Assembly: GCA_036170905.1 (NCBI GenBank)
Contig: JAVHQB010000093.1
Location: 123 to 64,122 of the forward strand
Source of the DNA: Minisyncoccota bacterium
Lineage (GTDB): Bacteria; Patescibacteriota; Minisyncoccia; UBA6257; JAVHQB01
Direction: 5' to 3'
DNA length: 64,000 nt
Of the stretch, positions 40,382 to 50,040 are shown piece after piece. A model generated the notes under the pieces. It worked only from the letters and a program-made list of their open reading frames with translations. It had not been told where the DNA came from and did not search any database. Position 1 is the stretch's first letter, and each line of letters opens with the position of its first letter. Both the position numbers and the translations under genes were made by a program.

Positions 40382-41957
40382 TATGTTTTTGCCTCCCGGC
40401 ATCATATATGTTTATTGTAGGATGATATAATGGGCTATACATAAAAGAAGGAACCGGCTTGCGTATGCGAGGCTTAAATTGCTTGATCAGTAAAAATCTT
40501 TGATCTATAAAATCATAGAGCGGTTGTACATCCTGCGGCCTATCTTTAGTACTGTTAATAATAATAAAATCAAAATTATTTTTATCAAGTAGCTCCTGGT
40601 AATCTGTTTTCTTGTGCCATTTGATAATCTCTATATTATAAGGAGCTTCCATCAAACCCAGGAAACTAAAAGGATAATCATCGCCAAATCCGTCCATAAG
40701 AAGCCTGTTTTTAAAAGAAATGTTGTTGCGCATCCAGTCTTGCGCCAAGATTCTGGTATCCTTCTGATTAATCCAGCGGATATAATAAATAGAACTACAA
40801 AGGGTGGGTAAAATAAAGCCTAGAATGATTAAGCAAATAACTCCAAATCTGATTTTTTCAAGTGGTTTGATTCGGCTGATAGTATTTACACAGACCCTTA
40901 AAAATTGAGCTGCTAATAACAAAATAAATGGAATAATTGGTAACAAATAAAGCGCAGGGCTGTTTCTAAATCTCCCCATGATGAGGTAATAAGTCAGGGG
41001 AAATGATAAAATTAAAATATCTTTTTTTGAGTGGCGCCAAATGCTTAAAATAAATCCGCAGATTGATAAAATAAATACCCCGCTGCCTAAAATATTAAAG
41101 AGCACGTATGGATAGTGAACCCACCCCTGTTTATTTGCCATCGGATTAAAATAGAATCCCACTGTGTGCATATTAAACTCACTCTTAAAAGTTTTCAAAA
41201 AATTTATAAAATCTAATATTATAAAAGGGTTGAAAATTAAAAATGTTAAACAAGCAAAAAATAGCGCCAAAAATAGATTCCTATTTATAAAATACGCTTT
41301 ATTTTTTAGGTTTAAGAAATGGACCAGTAGAAAAGGCATTATGATTAAAATTGCATTATATTTAGTCGCTGTCGCCAAACCTATAAACAAACCTATTAAT
41401 ATATAATCAACTTTTCTAGTTTGGTCATTATTGTATAACTTACAAATAAATAAAAAATCCACCAAAATCAGTAATGACATTAACATATCCGGTTTAAGGA
41501 CAAAAGACCAGGCGATATACATAGGATCTATTGCTAATAATAAAGCAGCAATAAGACCCGTATAAGAATCAAAGAGTTTTTTCCCTATAGCATAAAAAAG
41601 AATAATGTTGAATACACCAAAAATAGCAATCAGAGTTCTACCTATCAGTATATAACTAAAAAATGGGCCTAGGTTTGACATATTTGCTACGTAAGGCAAA
41701 ATGAATAATTTAAAAAAAGTAAATATGGGCAGCAATATATAATATATGAGACCAGGATATACAAAATCGTGAGGATTCAGATCAGAAATGTTTAAATTCA
41801 AAACAATAGTATTAACTAAGCCTTCGTCAATAGAAATAAAATGAGGCAGGCCATTAAAAACATTGGGAATTCTCAAAACAACTCCTAAGATAACAATACA
41901 AAATAAAACCCACTTTATATTTTTCTCTTCTTTTATTTTAATTAAAGGCATATTCAA
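40368..41957 (-). CDS. GT-C fold glycosyltransferase (ArnT/GT39-like)
   Basis: DEG..LNPHDFVYP, GR, KPD, GLATATKY, DTRILA. Confidence 0.88.
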   Translation of the reverse strand: MNMPLIKIKEEKNIKWVLFCIVILGVVLRIPNVFNGLPHFISIDEGLVNTIVLNLNISDLNPHDFVYPGLIYYILLPIFTFFKLFILPYVANMSNLGPFFSYILIGRTLIAIFGVFNIILFYAIGKKLFDSYTGLIAALLLAIDPMYIAWSFVLKPDMLMSLLILVDFLFICKLYNNDQTRKVDYILIGLFIGLATATKYNAILIIMPFLLVHFLNLKNKAYFINRNLFLALFFACLTFLIFNPFIILDFINFLKTFKSEFNMHTVGFYFNPMANKQGWVHYPYVLFNILGSGVFILSICGFILSIWRHSKKDILILSFPLTYYLIMGRFRNSPALYLLPIIPFILLLAAQFLRVCVNTISRIKPLEKIRFGVICLIILGFILPTLCSSIYYIRWINQKDTRILAQDWMRNNISFKNRLLMDGFGDDYPFSFLGLMEAPYNIEIIKWHKKTDYQELLDKNNFDFIIINSTKDRPQDVQPLYDFIDQRFLLIKQFKPRIRKPVPSFMYSPLYHPTINIYDAGRQKHNDKI

Positions 41958-43359
41958 ATAATTTTGCTCCCATTTGTATTTTTTTCCTTAATTCTTTTAG
42001 AGAACCTAAACTAAACAGCTTTTTTAAAAAATACTGCGGACGAAAATAAAAACGCCTATAAGCATATTTCAAAAACCAATATAACTCTTTCTCTGAGAGA
42101 TGTTCTTCCCAAAAATAAAGGTTAGTTTCAACATTTGGCTGCTTTGCAAATTCGCTCCAAAAATCATTTTTAAAAATATTCCCTTTCAATCCCATTTTAT
42201 ATAACTCTGTGTCAGGAAATGGCATAGTTATAGAAAAGTGGGTATAATCCGGATTCAATCTGATTGCAAAATCAATTGTTTCTAATATTTGGCTCCTCGT
42301 CTCTGTTGGAGATCCGATCATGAAATAAGCCAAAGTTTCAATCCCCGCTTCCTTTGCCGCCCTGAAAGCCTCTTGGACTTGGTTAAGAGTAATTTTTTTA
42401 TTCAATACAGAAAGTATCTGTGAAGTTCCTGCTTCGACACCAAATTGAATCCTCTCGCAACCTGCTTCTTTGAGTCTCCTAAACATAGAAATATTCACAA
42501 TATCTACTCTTGTCCTGATGCTCCAGCGAATTTTTAATTTACGCTTTATAATATCATTGCAAATATCAAATGTTCTTTTTTCATCCAATGTAAATACCTC
42601 ATCATAAAAAAATATATCTTTTATACCTAAGTTTGAACACTCTTCCATTTCAGAAACAACATTGCCACTGCTGCGAAATCGGATGCCTTTCCCCATATGC
42701 CCATGATAACAGAATATACAATTATACGAACACCCTCTACTGGAAATCATGGTAGTCGAAATATGACCGCTAGTTAATATATTACGATAACGTTCAAGGG
42801 GAATAATTTTACGATCTGGAAAAGGGAGAATATCTAAATTATGGATAACTTCAGGCGGAGTTGTTTTCATTACTTTCAACCCCTCTCTATAAACAATCCC
42901 TTTTATATTACTCAAGCTAATCTTCTTCTCTAACGCATTAACCAACATAGAAAAAGTAATTTCTCCTTCTCCAAGGATGAGAGAATCAATGTTATTATTA
43001 AGCATAGTTTCATCAGGGTATATATTTACATGCGGCCCCCCCAGAGTAATATGAATATTTGAATCAATTTCTTTAACTTTCCGCGCTATCAAAAACACAT
43101 CCAACAAATTAAATGTATTAGTATGCAACCCAATAATATCAGGTTTATTTTCTATAATCTTATTTTCCAACTGAAACACATCGATATTTTCTGCTTCCAT
43201 ATCCAAAACAGTCACCATATGCCTAGATTCATTTTTCAAAAAAGCAGCTATATAAAGAATACCCAGCGAAGGGAATAACACAGCTTCTTTATCGATTTCA
43301 TCGGGAAAATTAGATTTAATTACTTGTCTATGCCGAGGATTGATAAGTAAAATTTTCAT
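41938..43359 (-). CDS. B12-binding radical SAM protein
   Basis: PSLGILYIAA, LGGPH, GEGE, SRGCSYNCIFC, FGVEAG. Confidence 0.93.
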   Translation of the reverse strand: MKILLINPRHRQVIKSNFPDEIDKEAVLFPSLGILYIAAFLKNESRHMVTVLDMEAENIDVFQLENKIIENKPDIIGLHTNTFNLLDVFLIARKVKEIDSNIHITLGGPHVNIYPDETMLNNNIDSLILGEGEITFSMLVNALEKKISLSNIKGIVYREGLKVMKTTPPEVIHNLDILPFPDRKIIPLERYRNILTSGHISTTMISSRGCSYNCIFCYHGHMGKGIRFRSSGNVVSEMEECSNLGIKDIFFYDEVFTLDEKRTFDICNDIIKRKLKIRWSIRTRVDIVNISMFRRLKEAGCERIQFGVEAGTSQILSVLNKKITLNQVQEAFRAAKEAGIETLAYFMIGSPTETRSQILETIDFAIRLNPDYTHFSITMPFPDTELYKMGLKGNIFKNDFWSEFAKQPNVETNLYFWEEHLSEKELYWFLKYAYRRFYFRPQYFLKKLFSLGSLKELRKKIQMGAKLFEYAFN

Positions 43360-43393
43360 TGATTCCAGAAGTATGAAAAAATCATTTTGATAA

Positions 43394-44818
43394 TCATGAG
43401 GTCATTCCTATATTGATTTTAATCAAAATCAAAAGTGCCGAAAATAATCTTTTGAATTCTGCCAGAGATTTTATTTTCCTAATATGGCGGAGGATTGTTT
43501 TAGGATGAAAATAGAAAATGCGATAAGCCCTACGCTGTACGCCCTTTAATTTTCCGAGACTTTGATACGCCTGGGGAATAAAAACTTGTCCTCTGAAATC
43601 AAATTGCGAATAATCCCACTCCCTAGTTAATCTTCCCAAAGACTGGAATTGTTCATGATCTTCATGCCATTTAGCTATAAAAAACTGAGCATAACAAAGA
43701 CCTAGCTGAACTGCAAATTTGGCAGAGTTAATAACATCTACGGGGCGTTCATTAGGAAGACCTATAAGAAACGATCCGGTTGTCTCAATGCCGGATTCAC
43801 GAGCACATTTTATAGCTTTTTTAACCTGTTCAATAGTAATCCCCTTATCTATCGTCTCTAGTAAAAACTGAGAGCTGCTTTCAATACCAAAAAGAATATT
43901 CCAACATCCAGCAAGTTTCATAATATTAAGCGCTTCCTTATTTACATTATCAACCCTAGCTAAACATGACCAGCGAAACGCAAGCTTCCTGTTTTTAATT
44001 TCTTGATAAAACCTGTTCAGCCATTTTATATCAGTATTAAAATTACTATCATGAAATTGTACTTCTGAATAGTTATTTTTTTTAATTGCGTATTCTATTT
44101 CCGAGACTATATTCTCCGGCGATCTAGATCGGTAAGGGGAAGAAGCGACCACAGAAATTTCTTCGCAAAAAACACAGCGATTCCAGAAACATCCTCTTGT
44201 CGTAGTAATAGGATAGGCCTTAGATATTTTATATCTATGGGGGAAAAAATAATACCGATCCAAATCTATTAAATGCCAGGCAGGAGGCAAAAGACGATCA
44301 AGATTATCTATTATCCTGGGTACACCAGTAATAGAAAAATTTCCGGTAGCCTGCTTGCGCATTAAGCCTTGTATACGATTAGAATCCTCTTTTTTATCAA
44401 TATGTTGAGCCAACTCAACCATTATTTCTTCGGGATCGCCAAGAAGTACATAGTCAACGTCTGGTGCTCCGGCTATCAAAGTATCAATAATACCTTTTTT
44501 CCCTATTCCGAAAACACATACGGGAATCTCTGGAAAATATTTTTTCAGAAAATTAATGAGCTTAATATCTATTGCAATGGGAGGACATCGGCTTACGTCG
44601 GCCGGACATAATCCTATCAGGGAAGGGCGCGCTTGCCGAACGAAATCTCCTATTTCAGTAAGATTTGCTCCCTCAAGAAAAGCATCGTAAGCCTTTACTT
44701 TAAAACCAGCATTTTCAAGAGACGCGGCAACAGATAACATGATATACGGCGGATAGCGCGGGTAGAGCTTTCTTTTATTTTCTAAAAAAAGCGGCGGGAC
44801 AATAAGCAATATATCCAT
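43394..44818 (-). CDS. B12-binding radical SAM protein
   Basis: N-terminal B12-binding-like domain; TRGCFWNRCVFC; FGIESS. Confidence 0.9.
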   Translation of the reverse strand: MDILLIVPPLFLENKRKLYPRYPPYIMLSVAASLENAGFKVKAYDAFLEGANLTEIGDFVRQARPSLIGLCPADVSRCPPIAIDIKLINFLKKYFPEIPVCVFGIGKKGIIDTLIAGAPDVDYVLLGDPEEIMVELAQHIDKKEDSNRIQGLMRKQATGNFSITGVPRIIDNLDRLLPPAWHLIDLDRYYFFPHRYKISKAYPITTTRGCFWNRCVFCEEISVVASSPYRSRSPENIVSEIEYAIKKNNYSEVQFHDSNFNTDIKWLNRFYQEIKNRKLAFRWSCLARVDNVNKEALNIMKLAGCWNILFGIESSSQFLLETIDKGITIEQVKKAIKCARESGIETTGSFLIGLPNERPVDVINSAKFAVQLGLCYAQFFIAKWHEDHEQFQSLGRLTREWDYSQFDFRGQVFIPQAYQSLGKLKGVQRRAYRIFYFHPKTILRHIRKIKSLAEFKRLFSALLILIKINIGMTS

Positions 44819-44860
44819 AAATTATCAGAATAGATTTCGTTACAAATCTTTAATACAATA

Positions 44861-44890
44861 ATTATACCCTCACAAAGCTTTGGGAGTCAA
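44861..44890 (-). promoter_or_regulatory. Putative sigma70 promoter with a palindrome in its spacer
   Basis: Minus strand TTGACT-N18-TATAAT; 44869-44886 CTCACAAAGCTTTGGGAG is an 18-bp inverted repeat with one mismatched pair. Confidence 0.6.
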
Positions 44891-44911
44891 TATAAATAAA
44901 ACTATGCAATC

Positions 44912-44940
44912 TTCCTAAACATAAGTAAGTGTGATATAAT
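44912..44940 (+). promoter_or_regulatory. Putative divergent promoter with extended -10
   Basis: TTCCTA-N17-TATAAT with TGn immediately before the -10 box. Confidence 0.55.
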
Positions 44941-45043
44941 CGACTTTGTCAATATAGCTTCGAGCCTTCTTAAAAAATAAATATGGAATCAGGGTTTTAG
45001 ATTTATTTACCTAATGGAATATCGCACAAAATTTTTATAAAAT

Positions 45044-45892
45044 ATGGGTAAACTTTTCGAACCAGTCAATGCTTTATCAATAGACCTTGAAGAATGGTAT
45101 CAGACAGAATTAATGAAAGATGTGTATACTCCAAAAGATAGTTTAATAGAACATCCTACTGAAATATTGTTGAATATTTTGAATAAGTATAATACTAGGG
45201 CAACTTTTTTTATAGTGGGAGAGGTCGCAAAAAATAATCCAGAATTAATTAAGCTGATCCACAGAGAAAAACACGAAATAGCTATTCATGGCTTTACCCA
45301 TTCCAGGCTAGAGGATATTGGCCCCGAAGGATTCCGGCATGAATTAATGGAATGTAAAAATGTTTTAAGGAAAATTCTTGGAGATATAGAAATAAAAGGT
45401 TTCCGGGCGCCAAGCTTTTCTTTAAATCAGAATACGAATTGGGCCATAGATATATTAAAAGAATTTCAAATAAAATATGACTCAAGCCTTTTTCCTGCAA
45501 AGAATTATCTTTATGGCACTAATGGAATACCTCTGAATATATACGGAATAAACAGCGATAATATAAAGGTTGCTGACGTAAAAAGTTCCTTGAAAGAATT
45601 CCCTATAACTGCTTTCGAATTCTGGAGGTTCAGATTTCCCATTTCAGGCGGTTTCTTTTTAAGACTAATCCCCATTCGCATACAAACAATGTTTTTAAAA
45701 TTGATTAACAAGCAACGACCTTTTATAATATACATTCATCCCTGGGAGTGTTCACAAGATACGCCCAAAATTAAATTAAACTGCTTTTCTAGCTTCATAT
45801 TTTATTACAACATAAAATCTAGCCTTAGCAAGCTGGAAATTTTGTTAAAAAATTTTAAATTTGACCGAATCGATAATGTTCTAGGAGTATAG
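45044..45892 (+). CDS. Polysaccharide deacetylase (CE4, DUF3473-type)
   Basis: SIDLEEWY, ATFF, HEIAIHGFTH, GFRAPSFS, YDSS, GGFFLR, YIHPWE. Confidence 0.92.
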   Translation: MGKLFEPVNALSIDLEEWYQTELMKDVYTPKDSLIEHPTEILLNILNKYNTRATFFIVGEVAKNNPELIKLIHREKHEIAIHGFTHSRLEDIGPEGFRHELMECKNVLRKILGDIEIKGFRAPSFSLNQNTNWAIDILKEFQIKYDSSLFPAKNYLYGTNGIPLNIYGINSDNIKVADVKSSLKEFPITAFEFWRFRFPISGGFFLRLIPIRIQTMFLKLINKQRPFIIYIHPWECSQDTPKIKLNCFSSFIFYYNIKSSLSKLEILLKNFKFDRIDNVLGV

Positions 45893-45894
45893 TT

Positions 45895-47616
45895 ATGAAT
45901 ATTCTGGGGATTACGGGCCTAGGAGTAGACCCGGCTGCCTGCCTCACACAAGATGGGAAATTAATAGCCATGGCAGAAGAAGAACGTTTTAATCGAACCA
46001 AGGGTTCATTTGGCCTTCTCCCTGAGAGAGCCACGCGATTTTGCCTTGATTATGGAAAACTTTCTCTAGATGATATCGATTATATCGTCTTTCCCTGGGA
46101 TACTTATCGATATAAATTCTATATGCCGTATTTTTTCTTGCATACTTACTTACGACGATCACCTAAGTTTCAAACCGATACATTCATCCCAAAATTAACG
46201 GAACTATTAAAATATCAGCCTGCCAATATTAAAAACACAATAATAACTATGCTGCGTAAAGCAGGAATCAGAGGAAAAGTCCCTCCGATTGAATTCGTTC
46301 CACATCACCTGGCCCATGCCGCAAACACTTTTTATTGTTCGGGTTTTGATCAAGCTTACATACTTGTCATCGATGGCAGTGGTGAAGATAAATGCACAAC
46401 TATTTTTAAAGGTGACGGACTAGAAATTAAAGAAAAAAAATGTTTTAAAATCCCCGATTCACTCGGATGGTTTTACCAAAGCATAACTGAGTTTCTCGGT
46501 TTCCTACCAAATAAAGATGAAGGCAAAACAATGGCCCTTGCCTCATACGGTAAATACAACCAAGAGATATATTCCAAATTTAAAAAGATGATTTCTTTTA
46601 ATGAGAGAGGCAATTACAAATATAACGCCAGCTATAGTTTTTTAGGCAAACATATCCAGGGCACAGTCTATAGTGAAAAAATGGTCAAATTACTTAAAAA
46701 TTCCCGTTATTATTCTGAGGCAATCCAACAGGTGCATAAAGATATTGCTTTAGCAGCGCAAGAAATACTAGAAAAAATAGTAATTTCAATCGTAAAAAAC
46801 ATAACTAACTTTTCTGATTATAATAAAAAACTTTGCATAGCAGGTGGCGTAGGCCTGAATTGCAAAATGAATGGGGTAATTGCGGCTTTAGACTGCGTTG
46901 AAAATATATTTATCCCCCCGACTAGCAATGACGCCGGTACCGCTTTAGGCGCAGCGCTATATTTTTCCAAAGAAATGGGTTATAACCCTAAGCTTAAAAT
47001 GGAGCATGCTTATTGGGGACCTGAATTTTCGAATGAACAAATTGAAAAACTGCTTAATAGATTGAATATAAAATTTGAAAAAGACCCAGAAATCGAAATA
47101 ACCACAGCTAAATTGCTTTCTAGAGACAAGATAGTAGGCTGGTTTCAGAACCGGATGGAAATTGGCCCAAGGGCATTAGGTGCAAGGTCTATTTTAGCAA
47201 ATCCCACAAAAGACTGGATGAAAAACAAAATAAATACTATTAAAAACAGGGAACTTTGGAGGCCTTTTGCCCCGTCTTTGTTATATGAAGCCAGGCATGA
47301 ATATTTACTTAAACCTAAAGAATCTCCTTTTATGGCCTTGGCATTTGAAGTCTCAAAGGGAATAAAAGAAAAAATCCCTGCTGTTGTCCACCTAGATAAT
47401 TCTACCCGGCCGCATTTGGTAAAAAAAGATGGGAACCCAAAATATTGGAAACTTATAAATGAATTCGGGAAAATTTCAGGAATACCTGTCCTTCTTAATA
47501 CTTCATTTAATGTGCAAGGAAAGCCTATTGTGTGTACGCCTGAAGATGCCCTGAAGACATTCTACGCCACGGAATTAGATTATCTGGCTATGGGAGATTT
47601 TTTGATAAATAAATAG
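45895..47616 (+). CDS. Carbamoyltransferase (NodU/CmcH/TobZ family)
   Basis: EEERFNR, HHLAHA, DGSGE, EGKTMALA, AGGVGLNC, GPRALGARS, RPFAP, LNTSFN. Confidence 0.95.
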   Translation: MNILGITGLGVDPAACLTQDGKLIAMAEEERFNRTKGSFGLLPERATRFCLDYGKLSLDDIDYIVFPWDTYRYKFYMPYFFLHTYLRRSPKFQTDTFIPKLTELLKYQPANIKNTIITMLRKAGIRGKVPPIEFVPHHLAHAANTFYCSGFDQAYILVIDGSGEDKCTTIFKGDGLEIKEKKCFKIPDSLGWFYQSITEFLGFLPNKDEGKTMALASYGKYNQEIYSKFKKMISFNERGNYKYNASYSFLGKHIQGTVYSEKMVKLLKNSRYYSEAIQQVHKDIALAAQEILEKIVISIVKNITNFSDYNKKLCIAGGVGLNCKMNGVIAALDCVENIFIPPTSNDAGTALGAALYFSKEMGYNPKLKMEHAYWGPEFSNEQIEKLLNRLNIKFEKDPEIEITTAKLLSRDKIVGWFQNRMEIGPRALGARSILANPTKDWMKNKINTIKNRELWRPFAPSLLYEARHEYLLKPKESPFMALAFEVSKGIKEKIPAVVHLDNSTRPHLVKKDGNPKYWKLINEFGKISGIPVLLNTSFNVQGKPIVCTPEDALKTFYATELDYLAMGDFLINK

Positions 47617-47667
47617 CGGGCGCCAAAAGTAAATATGCCTAAATCTTTTATTTTTTTAGCGCAAGTA

Positions 47668-48360
47668 TTATCTTGTGCAATTAATATCTGAGATATCTGA
47701 TGCGCCTATATCTATGTCTTGGCAATATGGTGGTTCTGTGTTGCCTAACCTAAAAAAACAAATTATTGAAGGCCCTAGATTGACAGGAACAGCTATTTCA
47801 TAATACGCCGAATCACCTGAGTAATTAACGGTTGTTTCAGCAGTAACAGGACAAGAATCTCCGATATATTTTATCTTTTTTTGATCTTCTAGGGTACTAA
47901 TACTAACATAGATCAATCCCTTATAATCTGGGGAAAGAATATTTCCAGAAACCTTAACCGTAGCCTGTTCGTAATTATCCATGACTGTCTTTCTTTTCTC
48001 TAAAGATAAATAGACTTTTTCCTTATTTACTCTACCAGTTACTATCTTATTACTTACTGCTTCATATACTTTGTTTTCTGGAGTGATGCCGCTAGCATTT
48101 AACACTATTTGACAGGACCGGGGAACATTAAAAACATGACGCACCCAATATTCCTTGTTTTCTCTTTTTAGTTTGAAAGTCTTGGTATCTATTTGATTAC
48201 CTGCCGCATCCAAAACAAAGCAATCGATCCGAACAGAATCTATACTATTTTCTGAACATAGAACTGACACCTCAATAGCAACTTCTTTTGACTGCTTACT
48301 ACAACCAAAAATTAAACTTAATATTACCAGTAGTATTGCCATGCTTCTCTTACTATTCAT
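47668..48360 (-). CDS. Putative lipoprotein of unknown function
   Basis: Signal peptide with lipobox IFGC; C-terminal domain similar to 34422..35135. Confidence 0.75.
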   Translation of the reverse strand: MNSKRSMAILLVILSLIFGCSKQSKEVAIEVSVLCSENSIDSVRIDCFVLDAAGNQIDTKTFKLKRENKEYWVRHVFNVPRSCQIVLNASGITPENKVYEAVSNKIVTGRVNKEKVYLSLEKRKTVMDNYEQATVKVSGNILSPDYKGLIYVSISTLEDQKKIKYIGDSCPVTAETTVNYSGDSAYYEIAVPVNLGPSIICFFRLGNTEPPYCQDIDIGASDISDINCTR

Positions 48361-48393
48361 CTAGCTACCCCCTATCCCAAATAATAGAATTAA

Positions 48394-50007
48394 CTATTCG
48401 ATTTTATTATTCTTATATACTCTAAACGAATGATTAAAAACATAATCATAAATACTGAAATAATTATGCCTTGGCGTAGGAAACAACGGATTAAACTCCT
48501 TGATCATGGTGAATTTCTTATCAATATATTTATATACCGGTTTCAATTTTTCAGGTATCACCCGCGTTTGATCAATTATAACATAATCAAATTCGTTGTC
48601 TTTAAAGAAATGTTCCAGGTTTTTAAAGTCGTACTGCCAATCCATAACGGTAACCCGGTAAGGTATTTGCTGATTATAAAACAATAATGGCTCAAGCTTT
48701 CCTCTCCCACCGAGATCATCTCCATCAAACAAGATGCTGCTACCAGCGGGAATGCTTCCTAGTATCCAATTCTCTATATCTTTTTGTATAGGTTTTTGGG
48801 AGGTCCAACGTTTATAATAAATAGCTTCTTTAAGCGAAGGAAAAGCAAGGCAACAAATTATTAAACACAAAATCAAAGTCTTTTTGTTATTTAAGTAGAT
48901 TTTCCCAGAAACAAATAATAAGAAATTAACCGCCAGCAATATCATAAAAGGAACAGCCGGTAAAATATATTCTATTAGACAAAAATAAAATTGTCCCAGG
49001 AATAAATAATAGCTCAATGGAAAAGCAAATATTAATATATCTTTTTTGCTATGCCTGATTAGACTCAATAATAAGCCGGCAATCGAAAGAATAAAAATTC
49101 CTAATCCCAGCCCGGAAATAAGGGAATTCGGATAACTAACCCAACCTATTCTTTGGGCCAAGGTTTGATAAATTGTATTATAGACCGATACAGGCGTAGT
49201 GTGAGTATCCACAAAAAACTTTAAGGTGCTACTAACCTCTTGGATATGCATAACCATCCGGGGAAAACTAGTAATAAACAAAACGAGTACGGTCATGCCA
49301 AAACAGAGATATAAATATTTTTTATCCTCCTTGTTTCTTTTACTAAAAAAATGCGCTATCAGTAAAGGTATTACGCAAAAAATACCGAAATATTTTGTTG
49401 CTGCAGCTAAGCCAATAAATAAACCGGAGAGAATATAATATTTCTTTTTGGGAGAATCGACAAATATCTTACAAATATATAAAAAAGCCAGGCAGATAAA
49501 AAATAACTGGAAGTTATCCGGGCCAATTGCATCTATGGAAGTATAAACGTGTAAAGGTACAACTGCTAAAAATAACGCACAAAATAAACCGGCTAAGCTA
49601 TTGAACAAATCCTTAGCAATCAAAAATAATACCGGCACAGTAAGGGTCCCTATAATTGCAACTATCAGGCGATGCACAAATAAAAGTCTGACATAATCTA
49701 TGCTGTAATTTATATTAAAAGCCTTAATTAAATCCGCCATGCTTCTAAAATGTCCTAATAAAAAATAAAACAAAAAATATATCTTATTTATAAAGACGAG
49801 CAATAAATCAAAAAAAGGCGGGTAGTTAAACATCTTTACGTCTGAAACAAAACCCATCAATATATTTCGTATATACTGGGGTTCTTCAAAAAAAATTCCT
49901 CCTTGCAAATGGTGATCGATTTTATATATTCTTAAGAAGAATGCTAATATAATTATTAAAAATAGCGCTAGATTATTTATAAAAGAATTCCTTTTTGAAA
50001 TATTCAT
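48394..50007 (-). CDS. GT-C fold glycosyltransferase (ArnT/GT39-like), copy A
   Basis: EE..FNYPP, HRL, GPD, GLAAATKY; paralog of 40368..41957. Confidence 0.88.
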   Translation of the reverse strand: MNISKRNSFINNLALFLIIILAFFLRIYKIDHHLQGGIFFEEPQYIRNILMGFVSDVKMFNYPPFFDLLLVFINKIYFLFYFLLGHFRSMADLIKAFNINYSIDYVRLLFVHRLIVAIIGTLTVPVLFLIAKDLFNSLAGLFCALFLAVVPLHVYTSIDAIGPDNFQLFFICLAFLYICKIFVDSPKKKYYILSGLFIGLAAATKYFGIFCVIPLLIAHFFSKRNKEDKKYLYLCFGMTVLVLFITSFPRMVMHIQEVSSTLKFFVDTHTTPVSVYNTIYQTLAQRIGWVSYPNSLISGLGLGIFILSIAGLLLSLIRHSKKDILIFAFPLSYYLFLGQFYFCLIEYILPAVPFMILLAVNFLLFVSGKIYLNNKKTLILCLIICCLAFPSLKEAIYYKRWTSQKPIQKDIENWILGSIPAGSSILFDGDDLGGRGKLEPLLFYNQQIPYRVTVMDWQYDFKNLEHFFKDNEFDYVIIDQTRVIPEKLKPVYKYIDKKFTMIKEFNPLFPTPRHNYFSIYDYVFNHSFRVYKNNKIE

Positions 50008-50040
50008 CTAGCTACCCCCTATCCCAAATAATAGAGTTAA

